From NCBI GenBank assembly GCA_963794945.1, contig CAWCFT010000001.1:320001-384000 (forward strand): a stretch of DNA of 64,000 nt. The letters are read 5' to 3'. The translations under genes and the position numbers were made by a program. How positions within the stretch are numbered: the stretch's first letter is position 1; each line of letters begins with the position of its first letter. This DNA is from Endomicrobiales bacterium. Its GTDB lineage: Bacteria; Elusimicrobiota; Endomicrobiia; Endomicrobiales; CAWCFT01. Below are positions 27,808 through 39,145 of this stretch, one piece after another. Below the pieces are notes generated by a model. That model was not told where the DNA came from. It worked only from the letters and a program-made list of their open reading frames with translations, and did no database searches.

Positions 27808-28302
27808 ATGGCTATTATCAAAAGTTTTCGACCGCTGATCGGAAACGATGCAGAAATTCTCATCCTCGGCACAATGCCTGGAAATACATCTCTTCAACAA
27901 CATGAATATTATGCCTACAAACATAACCATTTTTGGAAACTGATCTACGCTGTGTTCGATCAACCTCCGCAAGCCGGATACCCAGCCAAAGTCAAATACA
28001 TAAAGGATAATAAGATAGCCTTGTGGGACGTACTTAGCAAATGTAGGCGTGATAATACCAGTGCTGATACAGCTATAAGGCGCGAGATACCGAACAACAT
28101 TACAAAATTACTGGCGGAACATAGTTCTATACGCGATATATTTTTCAACGGCAAACAAGCCGAGAAATATTTCCACAAGTATTTTAAAGGGCCGTTTAAA
28201 CAACGCCTGCACTTGCTGCCATCAACCAGCCCGGCAAATGCACAGTATACTTTTGAACAGAAACTTCGATCCTGGAGAATAATACTAAAGAATATTTATT
28301 GA
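27808..28302 (+). CDS. Uracil-DNA glycosylase superfamily (DNA-deoxyinosine glycosylase/Mug-like)
   Basis: ILILGTMPG, YYAYKHNHFW, IALWDVL, FFNG, LPSTSPAN. Confidence 0.9.
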   Translation: MAIIKSFRPLIGNDAEILILGTMPGNTSLQQHEYYAYKHNHFWKLIYAVFDQPPQAGYPAKVKYIKDNKIALWDVLSKCRRDNTSADTAIRREIPNNITKLLAEHSSIRDIFFNGKQAEKYFHKYFKGPFKQRLHLLPSTSPANAQYTFEQKLRSWRIILKNIY

Positions 28303-28372
28303 GAGTAATGGAATATTTTATAAATTCAGAACTAGAATTAAATATTTTTATCCTTCCTCACATTATCGTATT

Positions 28373-28400
28373 TTGCAAAACACCTCAAATTTGATATAAT
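28373..28400 (+). promoter_or_regulatory. sigma70-type promoter of secA
   Basis: TTGCAA-16 nt-TATAAT with extended TG. Confidence 0.6.
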
Positions 28401-28426
28401 CTTTTAATTCATAATCGGAGCAGATA

Positions 28427-31061
28427 ATGATAAAAAAATTTATCAATTCAATTTTTGGTTCTCAGAACGAGAGGACCATGAAACAACTTCAGCCAACGAT
28501 TGACGCTATAAACGCTCTTGAGCCTGAAATGGTTAAACTCACGGACGATGAGCTGAAAGCTAAAACGGTTGAGTTCAGAAAAAGGCTTGCTGAAGGTGAA
28601 AAGCTGGATGATTTAATCGCGGAAGCTTTTGCCTGCGTGAGAGAGGCTTCGAAGAGGACCATCGGCCTAAGGCATTTTGATGTTCAGATGCTGGGCGGAT
28701 GTGTTCTGCACCAGGGAAAGATAGCTGAAATGAAAACGGGTGAAGGTAAAACACTCGTGGCCACGCTGCCCGTATACCTCAACGCCCTGGAAGGCAAAGG
28801 CGTCCATCTTGTCACGGTAAACGACTACCTTGCAAAACGCGATATGACATGGATGGGGCCGGTCTATAATTTCCTCGGGCTTACTGTAGGTTACGTGGCC
28901 CATGACATGCCTAACAGCGAGCGCCAGAAATCATATGCCTGCGATGTCACATACGTCACCAATAACGAGATAGGGTTCGATTACCTGCGCGACAACATGA
29001 TAATCGCCAAAGAAGACCGAGTCCTTGGAGAGCTGAATTTTGCCATAGTTGACGAAGTGGACTCGATACTTATAGACGAAGCCCGCACTCCGCTCATTAT
29101 ATCCGGCCCCGCGGAAGAATCTACCGACAAATATTATATATGCAACCGCATAATTCCGCACATGAAGGGCAGGAAGATCACCGAGGCAGAAGAGATAAAT
29201 GCCAAATACACCGGAGAGGACCTTACAAAAGGGTTCGATTACATTGTTGACGAAAAAAACCATACTGTTGTTCTTTCCGAACCGGGCGTAACCAAGGCGG
29301 AACAATTGCTCGGCGTAAAGAATATCTACGATGACATGCAGGCTGAGTGGGTGCACCACCTCACGCAGGCTCTGCGCGCCCATAACCTCTATTCAAGAGA
29401 TGTTGATTATGTTGTAAAGGAAGGCCAGGTAATAATAGTTGACGAGTTCACGGGCCGGCTCATGCCGGGCCGCAGGTGGTCAGAAGGGCTTCACCAGGCG
29501 ATAGAAGCGAAAGAAGGCTTAAGGATAGCAGAAGAGAACCAGAACGCTTGCAACTATAACGTTCCAGAACTTTTTCAGGATGTACAAAAAACTCGGCGGT
29601 ATGACAGGCACGGCGCTGACCGAAGCCGCGGAGTTTTGGGAGATATACAAGCTCGACACTGTCGAGATACCCACTAACCGCTCGATGGTCAGGATCGACA
29701 GCCCCGACATGATCTACAGGACCGAACGCGAAAAGAATGATGCTATTGTTAAAGAGATAGAAGAGCTGTGGAAGAAAGGCCAGCCGGTGCTTGTTGGAAC
29801 AAAATCAATAGAGAAATCCGAGAAAATATCGGCGCATCTTAGAAGGAAAGGCGTTCCGCACCAGGTATTGAACGCGAAATACCATGAAATGGAAGCGCAG
29901 ATAATAGCTCAAGCGGGAAAGAAGGGTTCGGTAACGATAGCCACGAACATGGCCGGCCGCGGAACGGACATCGTGCTAGGCGGTAACCCGGCTACTCCTG
30001 AAGAAGCAGCTTTCGTAAAAAGCATAGGCGGCCTTCACATACTCGGCACCGAAAGGAACGAGGCTCGCCGCATAGATAACCAGATCCGCGGCCGTTCAGG
30101 CAGGCAAGGCGACCCCGGTTCGTCCCGTTTTTATCTTTCACTGGAAGACGAGCTGATGAGGCTTTTCGGTTCGGAGCGTATTTCAGTGCTCATGGAAAAA
30201 CTGGGCATGAAAGAAGGTGAGGAAATTCAACACCCCTGGATATCCAAGGCGATAGAGAATGCACAGCGCAAAGTGGAAGGAATGAACTTCGACATAAGAA
30301 AACAGCTCCTTGACTATGATAACGTGATGAACAAACAGCGCGAGGCTGTTTACAGGCTGCGCAACGAGATACTCGAAGGTGAAGATATTTCAGTTACGAT
30401 AAAAGACATGCTCGAAGAATCCATAGAAGAAAAAGTCAACCAATGGGCACCGCCTAAAGCCTACCCGGAACAATGGGATTTTGTTAGCCTAAACGCGTGG
30501 CTTCTCAGGGTATTCAACTTTAAAGTTGAATACACTCAGGAAGAAATGATGAACTTAAGACAGGAAAACCTCCGCGCACAGATAGGCGAAAAAGTTGACG
30601 AGGCGTATAAAAAGAGGGAAAGCGAGATGACGACCCCGCTAATCCGCCACGTCGAACGCATGATACTCCTTCAGATGATAGATACGGCATGGAAAGAACA
30701 CCTTTACGACCTCGACCAGATAAAAAAAGGTATCGGCCTAAGGGCTTATGGACAGAAAGACCCAAAGATAGAGTATCAGAAAGAATCATTCTCGATGTTT
30801 GAGAACATGATGCACCGCATCAGGGAAGCGACTCTTGATTACCTGTTCAAGATACAGATAGCCCCTCCGCCTGTGCGTCGAGAACGCGTTGCGGTTAATG
30901 AGCCAACCAATAAAGAACCGGCATCATTGGCAGCCCCAAAACCTGAAAATCATAAACACAAAGAACTAGACGATATCAAACCGCTGTACAAGCTGGGCCG
31001 AAACGACCCATGTCCGTGCGGCAGCGGTAAAAAATACAAGAAGTGCTGCGGAGCGAAATAA
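28427..31061 (+). CDS. secA: Preprotein translocase ATPase SecA (frameshift near 29543)
   Basis: [70 protein letters not shown]. Confidence 0.97.
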
Positions 31062-32301
31062 ATGGAATCAACCAAGAAAATAGTTTCTTGCCAAAAAGAT
31101 CTTAAGACAGAAATCAATCTTCTTCACGGTATAATTGAGATACTAGGGTCATCAGATGACCTTGACAGCCTGCTGCAGCAGATAGCGAAGATTTTAGCTG
31201 ACAGCCTAAAGGGCGACAGTTGCCTGATATACTTGCTTGAAAACAACAAAAAAACGCTTGTACTGCAGGGTGCCTGGCCTCCTCACCCGTACCAAATCGG
31301 AAAACTGAAGCTTGATCCCGGTGAAGGCATAACCGGCTGGGTGCTTGAACACAAAAAACCCGTTGCTATATCAAAGAATGCGTTTAAAGACCCGCGCTTC
31401 AAATTGTTTTCGAACCTACCTGAAGACAAATACGAGGCTTTCCTTTCGGTGCCTATCATAATGGACAACGAAACGATAGGCGCGATAAACATACAGAACA
31501 GAAAGAAAAGGGTCTTTACTGAAAGCCACATCAAACTTTTTAAGAGCATCGCAAGCCAGATATCAGGGGCAATTGAAAGAACAAAGCTCCTTCAGTTCAT
31601 GGAGAACAAGGAAAAACAGCTAAAAACTCTCGCTAGGCTTTCCAGCAGACATCGTTTCCAGCGCCTATCTCCAAGAGATACTTCAGCTTATTGTCACGAT
31701 GACGGCCCAGATGATGAACTCGAAGATATGCTCGCTGATGCTGCTAGATGATGAAAAACAGGAACTAAAGATAGTCGCGACCCAGAGCCTTTCAGATGAT
31801 TATAAGAAGAAACCGCCATTAAAAGTTGGGGAATCCGTGTCCGGGAGGGCGATAAAATTCAGAAAACCAGTAGCCGTACTAGATGTCACAAGAGAGCAGG
31901 GCTACAGCTATCCTAAAATTGCCAAACAGGAAGCTCTTGTTTCAATGCTTGCCGTGCCTATGCTTGTTAAAGAAAAACCCATAGGTGTTATAAACTGCTA
32001 CACATCTACTGAACATGTTTTCACAGAAGACGAGATATTCATCATGCAGGCCATCGCCAATCAGTCAGCTGTTGCTATAGAGAATACAAGGCTTTTTGAT
32101 GAATCTAAATCTGCCACTGACGCCCTTGAAACAAGAAAGATCGTGGAAAGGGCAAAAGGAATGCTTATGAAAGAGCGCGGGTACAGCGAAGAAGAAGCAT
32201 TCCAGTTCCTTCAGAAACAGGCGATGAACATGCGCAGAACAATGAAAGAGATAGCCGAAGCCATATTGCTCTCTGAAGGTCTTAAGATCCCACGCCGTTG
32301 A
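31062..32301 (+). CDS. GAF-GAF-ANTAR RNA-binding antiterminator (frameshift near 31645)
   Basis: Two GAF domains (GEGITGWV...; GESVSGRA...) and ANTAR LETRKIVERAKGMLM...EEEAFQFLQKQAMNMRRTMKEIA. Confidence 0.88.
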
Positions 32302-32453
32302 TAATCCAGTTGTTTGGGTACGCGCGCGGGCGCTTAACATAATAATAATGAAGTCTGATCCTGATCCAGCCGCTTCCCGCCGCTGTCCATGCGGCTTAAA
32401 TTGCTACCAAAAACCGCTATATTTTTAAGTATCTTGAAAACTAATTAAATATT

Positions 32454-34093
32454 ATGGATATAAGAATACAATCGTTCATAAAGCTAATCGGTTGGGCCGC
32501 ACTAAGCGGGGTCCTCCTACTTTTATCCTACCCGGGTTTTAACCTTTTTTATTTCGCATGGGTGGCTTTTATACCGCTGATAGCCGCTATAGAAACAACA
32601 AGCATAACCGGTTCTTTCATGCTAGGGTTTACTGCGGGGTTATCGGCGAATATAGGGATGCTTTATTGGATATATCCAATGATACTTTTTAATACGGGGT
32701 CCCGTTTACAGGCGCTCATTTGTATTGTCGCTATAAGCAGTTATATGGCTATCTATTATGGTATTTGGGCTGCCGACAATTCGATTTGTTTCTGTATCTT
32801 CAGCAAAATATAACAAAGGTTTTTCTGAAACCGGATCTTATGGAACTGCTAAACCAAAAACATACATATTAACCTTATTAATTAAGACATGGAGCAAAGT
32901 TTACGCTTACGTGTCGCAATTTTCAATGCTCCGGTTCTCGGTTTTTGCTGCAACATTATGGGTATCGCTGGAATATCTGCGTGCGCACTTTCTTACAGGG
33001 TTCCCATGGCTGCTTCTTGGTATGTCGCAATGGAAGTTCACATCACTCATACAAATAAGCGAGTTTACTGGAGTTTATGGAGTGTCATTTCTAATAATTA
33101 TCATCAATGTTAGCCTTGCGCGCTTAATAAGAACAAAGAAAATAGCTTCTTTCATACTGCTTATAGCTGCGGTTGCTTGTGTAACGGCAGTCAGCTACAT
33201 AATAAGGCTTCGGAACGATGTATCTTCGCCGCCATATATGACTGTCGCTGTCCTGCAGGGCAATATAGACCAGTACAAGAAATGGGACAATGCTTATGAG
33301 TCAGAACATTATGCGTACCTACACCGACCTGGCGCGTGAAGCCTCCCAATATCATCCGGACCTGATAATATGGCCCGAAACCGCTGTGCCGGGATATCTG
33401 CCATCGAACATGTTCCTTTATGATTGGGTAAGGACTGTTTCAAGAATGACCAAAACATACAACCTGATAGGCTCACCATACAACAATGGCACGTCAAATT
33501 ATTTCAACTCAGTATTATTGTTCGGCCCAGAAGGGGAAATGCTCGGTGTTCACAGAAAAACGCACCTTGTGCCTTTCGGGGAGTTCGTCCCTTTCAGAAA
33601 GTTCCTTGAACCATTCTTCGGGGTACTTAACTCGCTGGGTGATTTTACAAGAGGGAACGATTACAACGTTTTTCCGGTAAAATCCATCATATGCGCGAGC
33701 TCCATATGCTCAGAGAATTTCTTTGGGGGAACTATCAGGCGTTTCGTGTTAAACGGCGCAGAGGTTATAGTTAACCAAACCAACGACGCGTGGTTCTTCA
33801 AAACTTCAGCGGCCGATCAGCACTTCATAATGAACGTTTTCCGCGCTATCGAGAACAGAAGGACAATTGTGGTATCAGGAAATACCGGTATTTCAGGTAT
33901 CGTGAGCCCAGCAGGTGTTATTAAATTCAGGACGAAACTTTTCGAAAGGACTTATTTCTTAAGCAAGATATCGCCTTCAAGGTATATAACGTTCTATACA
34001 AAATATGGCGACGTTTTTGCACAGGCGTGTATCGTTATCATGCTGATCATGCTTTTTGTTTCCAATAAAATGCAGTTCAAAAAACCGGATTAA
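32454..34093 (+). CDS. lnt: Apolipoprotein N-acyltransferase (two frameshifts)
   Basis: TM N-terminus, EYLRAHFLTGFPW, QGNI, WPETA, KTHLVPFGEF, ICSE, TNDAWF, RAIENRR, NTGIS. Confidence 0.92.
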
Positions 34094-34106
34094 CCGGAGG
34101 GTTAAT

Positions 34107-35198
34107 ATGCTGGAAGAAATGAAAGAAAGACTTAAAATCCTTTGGAGGTCCCTTTGAAATAGAAAAAAAATCAAAGGATATAGTGGAACTGGAAAATAAG
34201 GTCTCCGAGCCTTCATTTTGGCAAGACAACACTCACGCAAAAAGCGTAATGACAAAGCTCAACGACCTTAAAAAGACTGTCAAGCTGTGGGAAAAGCTCA
34301 ATAAAGAAGTGGAAGAAACGGAATCGCTTGGAACGTTATTTAAAGAAGAGCGCGATGAAACATCTTTAAAAGAGATCGAGAGGACCGTGGCTGTGCTCGC
34401 AAAACAGATCGAAGAGCTGGAAACCAAGACAAAGCTTTCCGGAGAGTTCGACAGAAATAACGCAATAGTTTCAATACACGCCGGTGCTGGCGGAACGGAA
34501 TCTTGCGATTGGGCAGAAATGCTGTTGCGCCTGTATACACGCTGGGCTGAGAAAAAAGGGTTCGGCTACGAAGTTATAGACGTTCTAGCAGGCGAAGAAG
34601 CAGGGATAAAGAGCGTAACGATGATTATTAGCGGCGAATACGCATACGGCCTTCTGCAGTCCGAGATCGGTGTTCACAGGCTTGTCCGCATCTCGCCATT
34701 TGACGCCAATAAACGCAGGCACACATCGTTTTCATCGGTAGATGTTATTCCCGAAATTGATGATGATATAGATATTAAAATTGATGATAAAGACATACGC
34801 ATAGATACTTACAGAGCTTCAGGGCATGGCGCCAGTACCTGAATAAAACTGATTCCGCGGTCAGGATAACTCACATGGCGTCTGGAATAGTTGTTCAATC
34901 TCAGAACGAACGCTCCCAGCTTAAGAACAGGGTCACCGCAATGAAACTTATGAAGGCGAAACTCTATGAGCTTGAACAGGAGAAGAAGAGGCAGGTTGTT
35001 GAAAAACATTACGATGATAAAGGCGACATAGCCTGGGGCAACCAAATAAGATCGTACGTATTTATGCCCTACCAGCTCGTGAAAGATCATAGGACAGGCA
35101 AAGAAGTACCGCAGGTGGATAAGGTGATGGATGGAGAGATCGAGCCTTTCATTTCTGAATACCTAAACTGGAAAGCCCGGAATAAACTCACTAAATAA
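34107..35198 (+). CDS. prfB: Peptide chain release factor 2 (programmed +1 frameshift; plus an indel near 34830)
   Basis: [20 protein letters not shown] (SPF), RHTSF, SGHG[G][23 protein letters not shown]. 5' mini-ORF starts at ATG 34107. Confidence 0.95.
34144..34158 (+). promoter_or_regulatory. prfB programmed +1 frameshift site
   Basis: GGAGG-tcc-CTT-TGA-A. The +1 frame reads GAA ATA GAA... in frame with the main ORF. Confidence 0.9.
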
Positions 35199-35223
35199 AG
35201 CGTTTTTATATCTTTCAACACTT

Positions 35224-35265
35224 AAATCCTAAGATACAGCGCGCGCTGTATTTTGGGATTTCTTT
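35224..35265 (+). terminator. Terminator hairpin after prfB
   Basis: aaatcctaagatacagcg-cg-cgctgtattttgggattt followed by a T-rich tail. Confidence 0.7.
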
Positions 35266-35294
35266 ATCCGTATTCACTCCGACAATATTATCGA

Positions 35295-35323
35295 TTGACA
35301 AATCTTCGTAAAATCGCTATAAT
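35295..35323 (+). promoter_or_regulatory. Consensus sigma70 promoter of the RR-lysS operon
   Basis: TTGACA-17 nt-TATAAT. Confidence 0.8.
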
Positions 35324-35371
35324 TTCATTATATTTTGAATGTAAAGTTAGTGGTTTTACAGGGGTTAAATT

Positions 35372-35759
35372 ATGCCTAAGATCATGGTTGTAGATGATGA
35401 AAGGGACGTTGTTGAATTGATAACCTTCATTCTCTCTAAAGAGAACTACGAGGTTATACAAGCCTACAATGGTAGAGAGGCTATGGAAAAGATTGGCCTG
35501 CTGCCGTTCGATGAGCCTCCTGTCAAGCCTGACCTCGTTATACTCGATATAATGATGCCGGATATCGATGGGTACACGGTGCAAAGCAAAATGCTGGAAT
35601 CGGAGAACACGCGTTCGATACCGATAATAATACTCACGGCGAAGGGACAGATGAAGGACCTTTTCGGAATGGCTTCCAATGTCGCAGCTTATATAGAAAA
35701 ACCTTTTGACCCAAAAGATGTTAAGGGACAAGGTAAACGGGATAATAAACAAAAAATGA
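35372..35759 (+). CDS. Stand-alone response regulator (apparent fusion to lysS caused by an indel near 35715)
   Basis: IMVVDDE, LDIMMPDIDG, LTAK, EKPFDP. The shifted frame ends LRDKVNGIINKK-TGA, overlapping the lysS ATG (ATGA). Confidence 0.85.
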
Positions 35760-37210
35760 GCGAGATAACCACGCCAATCGAAAGCATTATAGCTGTAAGG
35801 AAGGAAAAACTAGAGAAACTGAAAAGTTTCGGAATAAATCCTTACCCCACGATCTTTAAAGCAGACGCGCATATAAGGTTGGTTAAAGACAAGTTCGCGA
35901 ATGTCAATGTCGGCGAAGAATCAACCGAAACAGTTTCCGTTTGCGGAAGGCTCGTCTCGCGCAGGGAGATGGGAAAGGCATCGTTCGCCGATATAACCGA
36001 CTACACCGGCAAGTTTCAGATATACGTCAAATCTAACGTTGTCGGTGAAGACACTTACAAGATATTCAAGGACCTTATAGACCTGTCAGATTTTATAGGG
36101 GTAACAGGCAAGCCGTTCAAGACAAGAACCGGCGAACTAAGCGTAAAGGTTGAGAGCCTCACGCTCTTATCAAAAGCGCTGCGCCCGTTACCGGAAAAAT
36201 GGCACGGACTCAAGGATACGGAAACGAGGTACAGGCAGCGATACCTCGACCTCATAGCGAACCCGGAAGTAAAAGATGTTTTCGTTAAGCGCGCCAGGAT
36301 AATATCTACAATACGAAAAGAGCTCGATTCCAATGGTTTTGTTGAAGTCGAGACGCCTATGATGCAGTCGATAGCCGGAGGGGCAGCCGCAAAACCGTTC
36401 ATTACTCATCACAACACGCTCGGAATGGATCTATTTCTCAGGATAGCACCGGAGTTGTTCCTAAAACGGCTCGTTACAGGCGGGATAGATAGGGTCTTCG
36501 AGATCGGCAGGAATTTCAGGAACGAGGGTATTGATAGGAATCATAACCCGGAGTTCACTATGCTTGAGCTCTACCAGGCTTACGCCGATTATACAAACAT
36601 GATGGATCTCTGCGAGAAATTAATAGTTATGAGCGCGCAGGCACTGGGTACGGAAATACAGCAGCCTTTCAAGCGCGAGACAATGTTCGGCCTCATGGAA
36701 AAATATACCGGCAAAAACCTGCGCGAGGCGCTTAACAACGGCCAGCTTAGAGCCATAGCCAAAGAGATGCACATAGATATGGGAGACGACACTTCCGACA
36801 AGAAGATACTGGACCGTATATTTGACGAGAAAGTCATACCGGAACTGAAAGATCCGACATTCGTAACGGATTATCCTACGCTCTTCTCTCCGCTGGCAAA
36901 ATCGAAACCCGACCAGCCGGACATCGCGGAACGGTTCGAGCTGTACATTAACGGTATGGAGATAGCAAATGCCTATTCGGAGCTCAACGACCCTACGGAA
37001 CAGAAAAAAAGGTTCCTCGAACAGGTAGAGGCAAAGAAGCAGGGCGATGACGAAGCCCAGCCTTACGATGAAGATTTCATAACGGCTCTTGAGCACGGTA
37101 TGCCTCCATGCGGCGGGCTCGGCATTGGCATAGACAGGCTTGTCATGATACTTACAAAAGTTGATTCGATAAGGGAAGTTATCTTATTCCCTCTGTTAAG
37201 AACGGAATAA
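35756..37210 (+). CDS. lysS: Lysyl-tRNA synthetase (class II)
   Basis: LRPLPEKWHGL, RYRQRYLDL, EVETPMM, FRNEG, HNPEFT, HGMPPCGGLGIGIDRL. Confidence 0.97.
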   Translation: MSEITTPIESIIAVRKEKLEKLKSFGINPYPTIFKADAHIRLVKDKFANVNVGEESTETVSVCGRLVSRREMGKASFADITDYTGKFQIYVKSNVVGEDTYKIFKDLIDLSDFIGVTGKPFKTRTGELSVKVESLTLLSKALRPLPEKWHGLKDTETRYRQRYLDLIANPEVKDVFVKRARIISTIRKELDSNGFVEVETPMMQSIAGGAAAKPFITHHNTLGMDLFLRIAPELFLKRLVTGGIDRVFEIGRNFRNEGIDRNHNPEFTMLELYQAYADYTNMMDLCEKLIVMSAQALGTEIQQPFKRETMFGLMEKYTGKNLREALNNGQLRAIAKEMHIDMGDDTSDKKILDRIFDEKVIPELKDPTFVTDYPTLFSPLAKSKPDQPDIAERFELYINGMEIANAYSELNDPTEQKKRFLEQVEAKKQGDDEAQPYDEDFITALEHGMPPCGGLGIGIDRLVMILTKVDSIREVILFPLLRTE

Positions 37211-37216
37211 TCGCCT

Positions 37217-38425
37217 ATGCCGCTGGAACTATTTATCGCTTTAAGGTATTTGAAAGCCCGCAGAAGAGGAGTATTCACGCTTCTTACGAGCCTTATTGCC
37301 ATAGGAGGCATAACGCTGGGTGTGGCGGCACTGATAATAACCCTGGGAGTAATGAGCGGCTTTCAGGCTGATATAAAAGAAAAAATGCTTGGGGTTCAAC
37401 CGCATATTATTGTTCTAAAAAATAATTATGAGCCTTTTGGGGACTATCAGAGAATAATTGAGCGCATTGATGCCAATAAGCACGTTAAGACTTCAGCTCC
37501 TTTTATCTATGGACAAGCAATAATAAGGCATGGACAACAAGCGACGGGCGCGGCGGTTAAGGGGATCGACCCTGTCGCGGAAGATAGGCTCGTATCTTTG
37601 AAAAAGATAGTATTGACCAGAAAACCCTGGGTACCCTCGATAGGGCAAGGCGAGATATTGCTAGGCATGGAGCTCGCGCAAACAATCGGAGTTACCGCAG
37701 GCGAAGATGTTGTGCTTATGACACCCGGCCTTTATGCAATGGTGCCTCATATGCAGAAGTTTAGGGTCAACATGTTCTTTCATTCAGGCATGTACGAATA
37801 CGATGCTAACCTCGCTTATATCAATCTCGCTGACGCCAGGGGGCTATTCGGCATGGATGACAGCGTCACTGGCATAGGTGTATCTGTGGACAACTGGGAA
37901 AACTCGGACGCCATCAGCGCGGATATCCAGAAAAGTATCGGCACTGAGTTTTGGGCTAGGTCATGGCAGAAGATGAACCGCAACCTGTTTTCGGCTTTAA
38001 AGCTTGAGAAAATAATGATGTTTATTATACTCGCTCTGATAATAATCGTTGCTGCTTTTAACATAATCTCGAACCTTTTACTTCTTACAGTAGAGAAAAC
38101 AAAAGAGATAGGCATACTGTCAGCTTTGGGATTCGACAAGGGCAGAATAGCAAAGATATTTTTCTTTGAAGGCCTCATAATGGGGGTTACAGGTATAGCC
38201 TCCGGTTTAGTGGTTGGCTGTGGTCTGAGCCTGCTTTTAAAGAAATACCAGTTCATTTCGCTGCCGGCCGATGTTTATTATCTCGATAAACTGCCGGTCA
38301 AAATCCTAACGGGCGACGTAGTAAGCATTGTGTGCGCCACGCTGGCCATATCGCTCATCGCAGGCATTTATCCTGCTTACCAGGTTACTAAATTAGATCC
38401 TTTGGAAGCAATACGCTACGGATAG
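37217..38425 (+). CDS. lolC: Lipoprotein-releasing ABC transporter permease LolC/E
   Basis: FIALRYL, GITLGVAALIITLGVMSGF, ALKLEK, EKTKEIGIL, VYYLDKLP, PLEAIRY. Confidence 0.9.
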   Translation: MPLELFIALRYLKARRRGVFTLLTSLIAIGGITLGVAALIITLGVMSGFQADIKEKMLGVQPHIIVLKNNYEPFGDYQRIIERIDANKHVKTSAPFIYGQAIIRHGQQATGAAVKGIDPVAEDRLVSLKKIVLTRKPWVPSIGQGEILLGMELAQTIGVTAGEDVVLMTPGLYAMVPHMQKFRVNMFFHSGMYEYDANLAYINLADARGLFGMDDSVTGIGVSVDNWENSDAISADIQKSIGTEFWARSWQKMNRNLFSALKLEKIMMFIILALIIIVAAFNIISNLLLLTVEKTKEIGILSALGFDKGRIAKIFFFEGLIMGVTGIASGLVVGCGLSLLLKKYQFISLPADVYYLDKLPVKILTGDVVSIVCATLAISLIAGIYPAYQVTKLDPLEAIRYG

Positions 38426-38426
38426 T

Positions 38427-39086
38427 ATGAATATAACAGCCGAGAATTTGCAAAAAAGCTATTTTTTGGACCACGGCCTTGAAGTAAAAGCGCTAAGAAA
38501 GGTCAGCCTCGAAATTAAGTCAGGCGAGACAGCCGCGATCATGGGCCCGTCCGGAGCAGGTAAGAGTACTTTGCTTCATCTTATGGGCCTAATGGACAGG
38601 CCAACGGGCGGAAAGATATTGATAGACGGCATTGATTATTCGGTTTTAACTGACAAGGAGCATTCACTCGCCAAACGCGATAAGGTCGGATTCCTGTTTC
38701 AGATGCATTATCTACTGCCGGATTTTACGGTGCTTGAAAATGTGCTTCTACCCGTTTGGGACCAGAAAGCGAACATGCTGGACAAAGCATTATCACTTTT
38801 AGAAAAACTTGGGCTTTCCGGAAGATTGGAGCACATGCCGGGCGAACTTTCTGGAGGAGAACAGCAAAGGGCGGCGATGGCTAGGGCCTTGATAAAAGAC
38901 CCGTCTGTTCTCATGGCGGACGAACCTACGGGGAACCTTGACAGAGAAACCGGTGAGAAGGTTGAACAACTGCTATTTAGTGAATGCATGAGCAGAGGAA
39001 TAGCACTTTTGCTTGTAACGCATAATCCGGACCTCGCCTCGAAGGCCGGCAGGATAATAAGAATGCGTGATGGGCTTATAGAATAA
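38427..39086 (+). CDS. lolD: Lipoprotein-releasing ABC transporter ATPase
   Basis: GPSGAGKST, GFLFQMHYLL, LSGGEQQR, ADEPTGNLD. Confidence 0.92.
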   Translation: MNITAENLQKSYFLDHGLEVKALRKVSLEIKSGETAAIMGPSGAGKSTLLHLMGLMDRPTGGKILIDGIDYSVLTDKEHSLAKRDKVGFLFQMHYLLPDFTVLENVLLPVWDQKANMLDKALSLLEKLGLSGRLEHMPGELSGGEQQRAAMARALIKDPSVLMADEPTGNLDRETGEKVEQLLFSECMSRGIALLLVTHNPDLASKAGRIIRMRDGLIE

Positions 39087-39145
39087 ACAAATGCTTTAAC
39101 ATTATTTACACAACCTGAAATAGGCAAATTTAACTGGAGCGACAA

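Noticed and set aside
32302..32400. GC-rich intergenic stretch after the ANTAR gene as an ANTAR target or small gene
   Set aside because: It has only one weak stem (agccgc/gcggct), no twin hexaloop motif, and no convincing start codon or RBS.
35372..37210. Apparent response regulator-LysRS fusion protein (612 aa)
   Set aside because: Removing one base near 35715 restores a normal receiver helix 5 (LRDKVNGIINKK) ending in a TGA that overlaps the lysS ATG, so it is most likely an artefact.
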